From: an uncultured Ruminococcus sp.
GTDB taxonomy: Bacteria; Bacillota; Clostridia; Oscillospirales; Acutalibacteraceae
NCBI GenBank assembly: GCA_902762615.1
Contig: CACWOX010000002.1
Coordinates: forward strand, 92,163 to 156,162
Direction: 5' to 3'
DNA length: 64,000 nt
How positions within the stretch are numbered: position 1 is the stretch's first letter; each line of letters starts with the position of its first letter. Positions 55,893 through 63,501 of this stretch are shown here, piece after piece. The notes beneath the pieces are model-generated. The model saw nothing but the letters and a program-made list of their open reading frames with translations. It was not told where the DNA came from and made no database searches. The position numbers and the translations under genes were made by a program.

Positions 55893-56777
55893 TTAACCCT
55901 CCTCTAAAATGGACATCACTGTTTCCTTGATTATCTCAGCTGCCGTAAGAGGCGAATACTTTCCGGGCAATCCGGCAGCGTGAATCACACGGATATTTCT
56001 CTTTTCGCACGCCGCAAGGTCAATTCCGCCGGGGGCAGAGGCAAGCTCCATTACCAGAACATTAGGTGCAGCCGCGCCGATAAACCGGCTGTCTAATACC
56101 GCAGCAGGAACGGTATTGATCATCACGTCGAATTCTTTCGCTCTTCTCGCCGCCTTGCCGAATGTAAGCGCTTCCATACCGAGAGACGCTGTTCTCGCTC
56201 TGTCAGAAGGCTTTCTCGCAGCTACCGATACTTTGCCGCCCAAAGCCCTGAGCATTGGAGCGAGAAATCCCGTTATTCTGCCGCATCCTGTGATCAGTAT
56301 TCTGCTGCCGCATACCGTGCGCGGATAATTCTCAATCAGTTCCGCAAGAGCGCCTTCGGCAGTCGCCTGCGCGTTTCGCAGCAAAAATGCCTCGCTGGCG
56401 CTGTAATCAAAAATATTCAGCTGAGCAAATCCGGAAGATACCGCTCTCAGCTTTGCTGCCATTCCTGCGAAAACTGCCTTTCCCATCAAAGCGGAGCAGA
56501 ATTCATCGCTGAGTTCAATGCGATAACTGCTCAATGGTGCGCTGAGCGTTTTTCCGTCGCGTGTGGGCGGCATAGGAAGTATAATGATGTCCGCCATCAG
56601 CACCGCTGTCAGCGGATCGGTAGACGCCGTTCCGACAAGCTGCTGTGCCGAATGCTCGAACCCCGAACAGTAAACCGTGATTCCTTCCTCCGCCAGCATA
56701 TTTGCCAGGGCGATCTGTCTTGCATCCCCTCCCACTACTGCAAAAATAGATCTATCCAATACAATGACCTCCATCAA
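55893..56777 (-). CDS. dpaA: Dipicolinate synthase subunit A
   Basis: Rossmann motifs (AVVGGDARQ, ITGCGRITG) and pairing with dpaB. Start is TTG 56777 or ATG 56774. Confidence 0.85.
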   Translation of the reverse strand: MMEVIVLDRSIFAVVGGDARQIALANMLAEEGITVYCSGFEHSAQQLVGTASTDPLTAVLMADIIILPMPPTRDGKTLSAPLSSYRIELSDEFCSALMGKAVFAGMAAKLRAVSSGFAQLNIFDYSASEAFLLRNAQATAEGALAELIENYPRTVCGSRILITGCGRITGFLAPMLRALGGKVSVAARKPSDRARTASLGMEALTFGKAARRAKEFDVMINTVPAAVLDSRFIGAAAPNVLVMELASAPGGIDLAACEKRNIRVIHAAGLPGKYSPLTAAEIIKETVMSILEEG

Positions 56778-56843
56778 AGTTGCTTTTCAGGGATATAATC
56801 ATATCCCCTTTTACAAGGTATGCCCTATATAATAAAAATGACA

Positions 56844-56883
56844 CAAAAAAACCGGGCAAAGGTCTTTTGCGACCCTTACCCGG
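56844..56883 (-). terminator. Strong rho-independent terminator, about 150 nt downstream of the zinc-ribbon gene
   Basis: Minus strand: CCGGGTAAGGGTC, loop GCAAAA, GACCTTTGCCCGG (13 bp including two G-U), then T7. Confidence 0.85.
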
Positions 56884-57036
56884 CTTTTGATTTCTTGCCA
56901 ACGATGTATTTCACGAAGGTTCTGTTGGTGTAATCCTCTAATTATTTATTATAATAAAAAATTATTTCAACAAAAATCTCATTTAAATGACCTTGGCAAA
57001 GCCATGAATCAAACCAAATTTATCTGTTCGGGTTGT

Positions 57037-57312
57037 TCAGTTGGCCTTCATTTTTTCAAAGCACTCGCTGCAATAAACAGGACGTCCTTCTGTGGGCTCA
57101 AACGGAACGGTTGCTTCGCCGCCGCATGCATCGCAAACTGCCTTATAGGTCTTGCGCTGCTGCTTATTGGCTGCTTTTCTTGCGTCACGGCATTCCTTGC
57201 AACGCTGAGGCTCGTTTTCAAAGCCCTTGCTTGCGTAGAATTCCTGCTCACCTGCCGTGAAAACAAATTCTTTGCCGCAATCCTTGCATCTGAGAGTTTT
57301 GTCTTCGTACAT
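57037..57312 (-). CDS. Zinc-ribbon protein with two CxxC...CxxC modules
   Basis: 91 aa; CKDCGKEFVFTAGEQEFYASKGFENEPQRCKECR and CDACGGEATVPFEPTEGRPVYCSEC. SD is GTGAGG. Confidence 0.8.
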   Translation of the reverse strand: MYEDKTLRCKDCGKEFVFTAGEQEFYASKGFENEPQRCKECRDARKAANKQQRKTYKAVCDACGGEATVPFEPTEGRPVYCSECFEKMKAN

Positions 57313-57348
57313 TGTTAAAACCTCACTTTAGAGAAAAATAGAATGTTT

Positions 57349-57456
57349 TGCCCCGGGACGGAGTTGCACCGCCATCTCCGCACCAATGCAGTTTTTTGTA
57401 CAATTTGCATTGTACACTGCATAATATGCGGCGCTGCTCTGTTGAGCTACAGGGAC
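57349..57456 (-). ncRNA. Unclassified tRNA-shaped (cloverleaf) structured element in the leader of the zinc-ribbon gene
   Basis: Minus strand, hand-folded. There is a 7-bp acceptor-like stem (one mismatch, one G-U), then UA, then a D-like hairpin GCUC-AACA-GAGC. A 19-bp interrupted hairpin capped by a GCAA tetraloop follows, then AGAU, then a T-like arm GGCGG-UGCAACU-CCGUC and a trailing A. It is not a canonical tRNA. Confidence 0.3.
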
Positions 57457-57478
57457 ATTTAATATGTCAAGCAAAAAT

Positions 57479-58063
57479 CTAATCGTTCCTTGTCGCTCTG
57501 AATTTCTGCCTTACCCGCTGAATTGCATTATCCACCGACTTTACACTTATTCCAAGTGAAGATGCCGTTTCTTCATAGCTCATGCCCCTGAGACGCATCT
57601 CAACTACAGAACGTTCCAGATCGCTCAGTTCGGCAAGAACTGTTGACTCAGATTCATCCGCCAGCACATAGCCTTCCGGATCAACTTCTGACGGATAACT
57701 GAATTCCGCCCTTAAATTCGACTCGTCCAACTGTGAATGATTATTAATCAAGGCATTTTTACCGCTGAAATACGACCTCACCACGGAAGAAAGCACATTA
57801 TCGACACACATTTCGGCATATGTGCGAAAGCTCGCGCCTTTTGACGGATCATAGCTTCTCACTGCACTCAAAAAACCTATCGCTGCTTCCTGTGCCATAT
57901 CATCGGTGATATCACATCCGCAAAGTCTGCTCTTCGCAATGGCTTTTGCGTGTATCATCGCATTATACCGCCCGAAAAGGCAGGCAAAAGCCTCCTGATC
58001 GTCCTCCGACGCCATGGCTGCCAGCTCGGCGTCGGATTTAGCGGAGAAAGAATTCATCGACAT
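57479..58063 (-). CDS. Sigma-70 family RNA polymerase sigma factor (SigH-like features)
   Basis: Region 2 is DDMAQEAAIGFLSAVRSYDPSKGASFRTYAEMCVDN. Region 4 is SYEETASSLGISVKSVDNAIQRVRQK. SD is GAAGGAGG. Confidence 0.8.
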   Translation of the reverse strand: MSMNSFSAKSDAELAAMASEDDQEAFACLFGRYNAMIHAKAIAKSRLCGCDITDDMAQEAAIGFLSAVRSYDPSKGASFRTYAEMCVDNVLSSVVRSYFSGKNALINNHSQLDESNLRAEFSYPSEVDPEGYVLADESESTVLAELSDLERSVVEMRLRGMSYEETASSLGISVKSVDNAIQRVRQKFRATRND

Positions 58064-58242
58064 CTGCCTTTTCCTCCTTCACTCATTCTAAGGATATGCT
58101 GAATAAAGCATGCTGTCGATTCCGTGCCGAGAGAATACGGTTCTGATAGGTGTGCATGCAGCGTATCCATAATAACGCCTGTACGACAAATTTTCGGGTG
58201 ATTATGAATGTATGTTTAATGAATCATTAATAATGCTTTTAC

Positions 58243-58271
58243 ATAATACACCCGAATAATCAATTTGTCAA
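58243..58271 (-). promoter_or_regulatory. Sigma-A-type promoter for the sigma-factor gene, implying a leader of about 170-180 nt
   Basis: Minus strand: TTGACA, 17-nt spacer, TATTAT. Confidence 0.55.
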
Positions 58272-58318
58272 TAGTTTTTATGAATAATATAAATTTTTTT
58301 GCATATTTTTTGTAGTTA

Positions 58319-59713
58319 TTAGTTCTTATCGGATGCCTCCGCGCTGTCAACCTTATTTTTTACCGCAGCCAGCACCTTGGATGCTATCGGACGAGCCACC
58401 GCATATCCGCCGCCGCCGTTTTGCACAACCACAGCAAACGCATAAGGGTACTTCTCGTTTCGGGCAAATCCGACGAACCACGCGTGAGATTTCTTATCGC
58501 CGTCAAGCTCTGCCGTTCCTGTCTTGGCACATACTTCCATGCCTGACGGGAAATTTTTATCACCGTAATTGTTTGTCACTGTGTAACGCATCATATCAGA
58601 CACTTTATCAGCGGTTGACTTGCTGAGAATACGGGTAGTCTCGGTCTGCTTGTCAATATTCAAGGGTATGCCTGAACCGGTAGTAATCTTCTCAACGATA
58701 TACGGCTCAGCACATATTCCGCCGTTGGCTAAGATTCCCATATAGCGCATCATCGCAAAAGGATTCACCTCATCGGTGTTCTGCCCGATTCCCGTCCATG
58801 CCAACTCGTTGAGTTCGCCGGAAGAAGCGATCTTGCCTTTTACTGTGGGAATTCCGCTCAGACTGTGGCTTGTGGTAATGCCGAGCTTGCGTGCGTATTC
58901 CTCCGTTGTCTCCCAGCCGAGCTGCATTGAGATCTCTCCGAATGCGATATTGCATGAGTTTCTCAAAGCTGTTTGGAAATTCTCTTTGCCATGCGTCCCC
59001 GAACAGACCACCTTCTGCCCGTTGACTTTCATTGTATGTTCGCAGTTGAACTGCTGCTCATCTATATCTGCGATTTTATCAATTGCCGCGGCGGCTGTCA
59101 CCGTCTTGTAAACCGAGCCGGGTGTAAATCTCGACGATATGGCGCGATTGATGAAAACTCCGTCATAATTGTCATCACCGTCCGCTATTACCGGAGGATT
59201 TTCCGGATCGTAGGTCGGTGTGCTGACAAGACAAATTACCTCTCCTGTCTTGTAATTAAAGACACAGACCGCGCCCTTTTTTCCCTTCATCTGCTCATAT
59301 GCCGCAGCACAGACGTCGGAATCAAGCGTCGTATGGATTTTGTTGCCTGCCACCGTGGTGGAAAACATACCTGTGATTATATTGAATCCAACAAGCCTGT
59401 CAGCATAAACCTTTTGCAGCGATGTGGCGACATTGCTCTTTTTGTCGCCGACAATATGCATGGTGGCACATCTGACGCTCTCGTTATCACTGTATTTTCG
59501 CTTGCCGTCCACCGTGTCAAGCAGCGCGTTTCCGTCGCGGTCGTATATAGCGCCGTCGATAATGACACCGTTGTTGTAGACATGTCTGTTCGCTGTAAAA
59601 TTGACCCATTTATGTCCTTCGGTAAAGAATCGGAAGGTGAAAAATCCAACGCCGCCCATCAGGCAGATAATGATAAGCATGACGCTCAGCGCTCTTCTCT
59701 GTACCTTTTTCAA
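58319..59713 (-). CDS. Class B penicillin-binding protein (transpeptidase, PbpA/SpoVD-like, no PASTA domains)
   Basis: N-terminal TM, SxxK in PGSVYK, SxN in NSCN, and KTG in AKTGTAE. TTG start lies 8 nt after GGAGGTG. Confidence 0.9.
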   Translation of the reverse strand: MKKVQRRALSVMLIIICLMGGVGFFTFRFFTEGHKWVNFTANRHVYNNGVIIDGAIYDRDGNALLDTVDGKRKYSDNESVRCATMHIVGDKKSNVATSLQKVYADRLVGFNIITGMFSTTVAGNKIHTTLDSDVCAAAYEQMKGKKGAVCVFNYKTGEVICLVSTPTYDPENPPVIADGDDNYDGVFINRAISSRFTPGSVYKTVTAAAAIDKIADIDEQQFNCEHTMKVNGQKVVCSGTHGKENFQTALRNSCNIAFGEISMQLGWETTEEYARKLGITTSHSLSGIPTVKGKIASSGELNELAWTGIGQNTDEVNPFAMMRYMGILANGGICAEPYIVEKITTGSGIPLNIDKQTETTRILSKSTADKVSDMMRYTVTNNYGDKNFPSGMEVCAKTGTAELDGDKKSHAWFVGFARNEKYPYAFAVVVQNGGGGYAVARPIASKVLAAVKNKVDSAEASDKN

Positions 59714-59730
59714 CTATGTCCACCTCCGTG

Positions 59731-61932
59731 TCAATGCCTGCGGCGGCTGCCGATATATTCCTCACTGCCGTCGTCATCATCCGTGTAAGAATGTTTTCTG
59801 CGCCTTCTTGAGGAGGACGTCGCTGCATTCTGATCAAAGGTCGGCTGCTTTGCCGTTTGTGCCGTTTGTTCCGTTCTCGGCATGGACGGCGCCTGCATCG
59901 CAGACTGTATCTTTGCCTGATACTCCGGATTTTTTGTGGGATCGGAATAAATCACGTCCTCGGCGGCAAATTTTCTGTCGTCGAGCTCGACCATTCCCTC
60001 TGTATTCTCGGGATGTTCTTCCGTAAAATCGACGTTTGCCTCCGGCTTGATAATGCCCTTGTCGATCAATTTGATTCTGATACGCTCGGCAATCTGTCCC
60101 AGCTTGGTAAAATCGTATTCGCTGCGACCGATCATGTTCTTTACCTCGGGCAAGGGCTGTCCCGAGCTGTCGGTCAGTCCTTCACCGCTCTGTATGCGCA
60201 CCTTGAAGCTTTCCCTCGCAGCGGCAAAGCTCGCATTGCGCCGTGTATCTGCCGCCTTGACAAAGGCAAGCAGTCCCCAGCTGGACAGCATACTCGATCC
60301 GCCGTTGGAGACAAACGGGAATGTGACGCCAGTGAGCGGAAGCACATCGACCGAACCCAGCGTATTGAGAATGGTCTGGAACACCATCATACTGACGGCG
60401 GCACAAGCCGCTATAACATAAAATGATGAACGTCCGTTGGCGGCGCTCTTGATGGTAAATGCGGCAAGCGCACAGATGCAGACCACTGCAATTAACGCAA
60501 TAAGCAATCCCCATTCCTCACAGACCACTCCAAAAACAAGGTCGGTGTCGGCGGCAACCACCCTGCGCAGCCAGCCGCTGCCTATTCCCACTCCGGCAAG
60601 TCCTCCGCTTGCGGAGGCTGACATGGTGCGGGTCTGCTGATAGCCTAAATTATACGGGTCGTCCCATGCATGACCCCATATGGCAAACCTTCGGGCAACG
60701 TAGGGCTTGAATTTGAGCACCAGCATAATACCGAATACAACTGTAGCACAGATAAGCGCAATGGTAGAAAAATCGCCCGAACGCATGAAGGCTATCACAA
60801 CGAACGCCACAAAGAATATGGCAGCCGTTCCGAAATCGCCCATCAGCGCAAGTGAGCCAATGCATACGCCTGAAAAGCCGATGAAGTAAGCAAGATTCTT
60901 CTTGGTAAGCAGAATATCCAATGTGGCTGCCCCGATGAAAACGAAGGCGATCTTGACCAGCTCCGACGGCTGAAGCGAAACGCCGCCTATCGAAATCCAG
61001 TTCTTGGCACCGTTCTTGGTCTGACCGAATATCAGGTTGAACAACAACAGTCCGACAGTGGCTATCATTACCTGCAGCTTGACAGAAGTGATCCGCTTTA
61101 AATCACGAAGGAACCAACCAAACATGACAAACAGCCCGAAACCAAGCAAAAAAGCAAAAAACTGCTTATACAGCTCTCCCGGCTTTGACGAAGCCGCCAC
61201 CGAAAAGCCTATGGTAGACAGGAAAAACGCAAGCATTTCCACCTCTATGCCTGTTTTGACCAGTATGCGCATGACAATATAATATACCCACATCAGCACG
61301 AACAGTCCGCCGTAGCAAACGAACACCGATGTGTCGTCTACCTTCGCGCTCCAGTAAAGCTCCGCCACCGTCAGCAGCATGAATATGCTCAGCAGCAGCA
61401 AGGTATTCACAGGACGAAGCTTGCGTGCAAGGCGCTTGTTGGTCTCTCTCTGTGAGCCTCTGGGGCGCGTGACAAGGAATCTCGCATCCACATCGGCAAA
61501 TTTCAGAGTGCTGCCCGCAGGAAGAGCCGCAGTACCTTCTATTTTCTTTCCGTTGACCGTAAGTCCGCCTGTGGAGCCGAGGTCGGAAATGGTCCACCGC
61601 TTGTTCTCATCGCGTATAAGGACGGCATGAGAACGGGAAATTGTCGGAAAATCGATCACAATATCGCTCGAAGAAGCTCTGCCTATCGTATTTTCCCAAT
61701 GGCTGACCGGCAGTCTGCCGTACCCGTTGACGTCGAGATATGCCCATACCTCGGGAGCTTCATGGCCGGATAGCATGGATCTGACGCAGCGAAAAACGAT
61801 AAAAAACGCTAAAATCGGCATAATCCATCTTGCAATGGCAGTGAAATCGCCAAGAGATACGAAAAATCCGCATATAGTTTCCCAAGCAATTTCCCACCAT
61901 GATTCTTCCGTAATCAGTGCTGCAAAGATCAC
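59731..61932 (-). CDS. FHA domain fused to an FtsW/RodA/SpoVE-family (SEDS) glycosyltransferase, with a long charged C-terminal tail
   Basis: 733 aa. FHA region is IGRASSSDIVIDFPTISRSHAVLIRDENKRWTISDLGSTGGLTVNGKKI. SEDS core is GAKNWISIGGVSLQPSELVKIA. The hydrophilic tail is about 140 aa. GTG start follows AAAGGAAGTGG. Confidence 0.85.
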   Translation of the reverse strand: MIFAALITEESWWEIAWETICGFFVSLGDFTAIARWIMPILAFFIVFRCVRSMLSGHEAPEVWAYLDVNGYGRLPVSHWENTIGRASSSDIVIDFPTISRSHAVLIRDENKRWTISDLGSTGGLTVNGKKIEGTAALPAGSTLKFADVDARFLVTRPRGSQRETNKRLARKLRPVNTLLLLSIFMLLTVAELYWSAKVDDTSVFVCYGGLFVLMWVYYIVMRILVKTGIEVEMLAFFLSTIGFSVAASSKPGELYKQFFAFLLGFGLFVMFGWFLRDLKRITSVKLQVMIATVGLLLFNLIFGQTKNGAKNWISIGGVSLQPSELVKIAFVFIGAATLDILLTKKNLAYFIGFSGVCIGSLALMGDFGTAAIFFVAFVVIAFMRSGDFSTIALICATVVFGIMLVLKFKPYVARRFAIWGHAWDDPYNLGYQQTRTMSASASGGLAGVGIGSGWLRRVVAADTDLVFGVVCEEWGLLIALIAVVCICALAAFTIKSAANGRSSFYVIAACAAVSMMVFQTILNTLGSVDVLPLTGVTFPFVSNGGSSMLSSWGLLAFVKAADTRRNASFAAARESFKVRIQSGEGLTDSSGQPLPEVKNMIGRSEYDFTKLGQIAERIRIKLIDKGIIKPEANVDFTEEHPENTEGMVELDDRKFAAEDVIYSDPTKNPEYQAKIQSAMQAPSMPRTEQTAQTAKQPTFDQNAATSSSRRRRKHSYTDDDDGSEEYIGSRRRH

Positions 61933-61990
61933 CTGATGACCACTTCCTTTCAGTCATAATAAACCAATAATAAACGGCAGCAATCCTGAT

Positions 61991-62030
61991 AAAACCGTAA
62001 AAGCCGATACCCGCAAAAACGGATACCGGC
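61991..62030 (-). terminator. Rho-independent terminator after the serpin gene
   Basis: Minus strand: GCCGGTATCCG, loop TTTTTG, CGGGTATCGGC (11 bp, two G-U), then TTTTACGGTTTT. Confidence 0.75.
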
Positions 62031-62073
62031 CTTTGCGACATTATTTAAAGCAAAACCCAAATCTTAGTTCAAA

Positions 62074-63333
62074 TCAGTCCTTGACTGAATTAACCGCACC
62101 GACTATAATCGGAAGATAACGCTTAGTATCTACAACAGCAAATATAAAGGGACGGTTGAGAGATATCGGAATGACGTTGGTGCCTACCCCTGTATTGCCG
62201 ACATTTGCGCCGGTGCCCTTTCTTGTTCCCTTTTCAGTGACAGTAAGTCCTGTGCTGACGCTGATATCACCGACGTAAAGCTTTTCATCAGAGCTGCCGA
62301 TCTGATCCAATCCTGCATACTGGGAATTGAATATATTTCCGAGCTCCATGTCCTCCAGCATGCTTTTTAATCCTCCGGTATATTCGCAGGAAAACTTGGG
62401 AATGCTTGCATCGACCACTCTGTACTCCTTGCGTTTTTTGATAAGATCCTGATAATACTTGTCTTTGGACAAAAAGTCAATATAATTGGCTATTGCGCTT
62501 TTATTTTCATTCATGGGAATAATAGCAAGAAACGCGTAATTGCCGCCTGCGTAATTTTTAATAAAGCCGCGCACTTCTTCTTCCTGACCGATAAATGTGC
62601 TTTCATAGCTGGACATCATCTGAACGTCCTGTTCTTCGGAACCAAACGCTTTGAATTTGCCGTCAAGAACATTTTCAGGGGAAATGGGCGATTCCCAATC
62701 CGCATCGAGCAGGGCATAATTCGCCAGATAGAGCGGAGCATCCGACGGCATATCTTTTAAAATGCGCTCGGAATACATATTGGTCTTATTGGACGCCCAG
62801 TTGTTGATATTGTTTACCGCTGTTTCGCCAAAGCTCTCTTTATAGGCAGAGGCTTTATAGAAAGTCTTAGCGGCTGCAAGAAATTCGTCAGATACATCGA
62901 CATTCTTATCCGAATTAGCCCATATTGCACTGTCGAAATAAAATTTTGCAGTGTCAGTATCATGTAAATTTTCCATAAAGGAGTGCATATAGGTATTCAT
63001 TGAGTCGGTCGGATAGTATTTATCAAGCATTTTTTCCAATTGTGATTTTGTTTCTCCCGTCGCTCCGTTTGCAAGCAAAGCCAGATTGTAATAGACTGAC
63101 AGCGGAGAGATCACCACGTTCGGACCGTCTGCGGAATACTCATGGCTGAGCATCGCAAAGGCTGCCGCGCAATACTTATCACAAAATGTATCGTCAAGAT
63201 AGATTTCGGATGCGTCGCCTTCTTCAACATTGACCATAAGATCCTCGGCAGTAACTTCCTTTTTGCAGCTCACCGATGCCACAATCATTGCAGCAGCAAC
63301 CAAAAAGGCCAAAACACGTCTGATTTTTTTCAT
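62074..63333 (-). CDS. Secreted serpin family protein
   Basis: Signal peptide ending in ASVSC (possible lipobox). The serpin core runs the full length. Reactive-centre-loop region is EKGTRKGTGANVGNTGVGTNVIPISLNRPFIFAVVD. Confidence 0.85.
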   Translation of the reverse strand: MKKIRRVLAFLVAAAMIVASVSCKKEVTAEDLMVNVEEGDASEIYLDDTFCDKYCAAAFAMLSHEYSADGPNVVISPLSVYYNLALLANGATGETKSQLEKMLDKYYPTDSMNTYMHSFMENLHDTDTAKFYFDSAIWANSDKNVDVSDEFLAAAKTFYKASAYKESFGETAVNNINNWASNKTNMYSERILKDMPSDAPLYLANYALLDADWESPISPENVLDGKFKAFGSEEQDVQMMSSYESTFIGQEEEVRGFIKNYAGGNYAFLAIIPMNENKSAIANYIDFLSKDKYYQDLIKKRKEYRVVDASIPKFSCEYTGGLKSMLEDMELGNIFNSQYAGLDQIGSSDEKLYVGDISVSTGLTVTEKGTRKGTGANVGNTGVGTNVIPISLNRPFIFAVVDTKRYLPIIVGAVNSVKD

Positions 63334-63451
63334 TTAATGAATAACTCCCTTCGGGTTTTATTGTTTAAAGACATTATAACACGGTTTTTACAAAAAGAAA
63401 AGAAGTTTTAATCAAATTTTTAATAAAATAGGCAATTTTTTATTATGTTAT

Positions 63452-63487
63452 AAAAAAAACCTGCCGGATAGAATGATACAGCAGGTT
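63452..63487 (-). terminator. Rho-independent terminator after the ThyX-like gene
   Basis: Minus strand: stem AACCTGC / GCAGGTT followed by T8. Confidence 0.7.
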
Positions 63488-63501
63488 TCATATTTGTTTT
63501 T

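Noticed and set aside
57349-57456. Calling the cloverleaf a genuine tRNA gene, or a SAM-I, fluoride, ZTP or cobalamin riboswitch.
   Set aside because: As a tRNA it fails on several counts: a 4-nt D loop, no 7-nt anticodon loop, T loop UGCAACU instead of UUCRANY, an acceptor mismatch and no CCA. GGUGCAACUCC superficially recalls SAM-I and cobalamin segments, and GGAGAUGGCGG recalls the fluoride motif. However, the other invariant blocks of those families are absent, and the downstream gene does not fit their regulons.
58064-58318. An 8-bp complementarity (TTCGGGTG ... CACCCGAA) as an RNA switch in the sigma-factor leader.
   Set aside because: The left arm lies inside the promoter spacer, upstream of the likely transcription start, so it would not be part of the RNA. 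The remaining hairpins in the leader are short (4-5 bp) and unconvincing.
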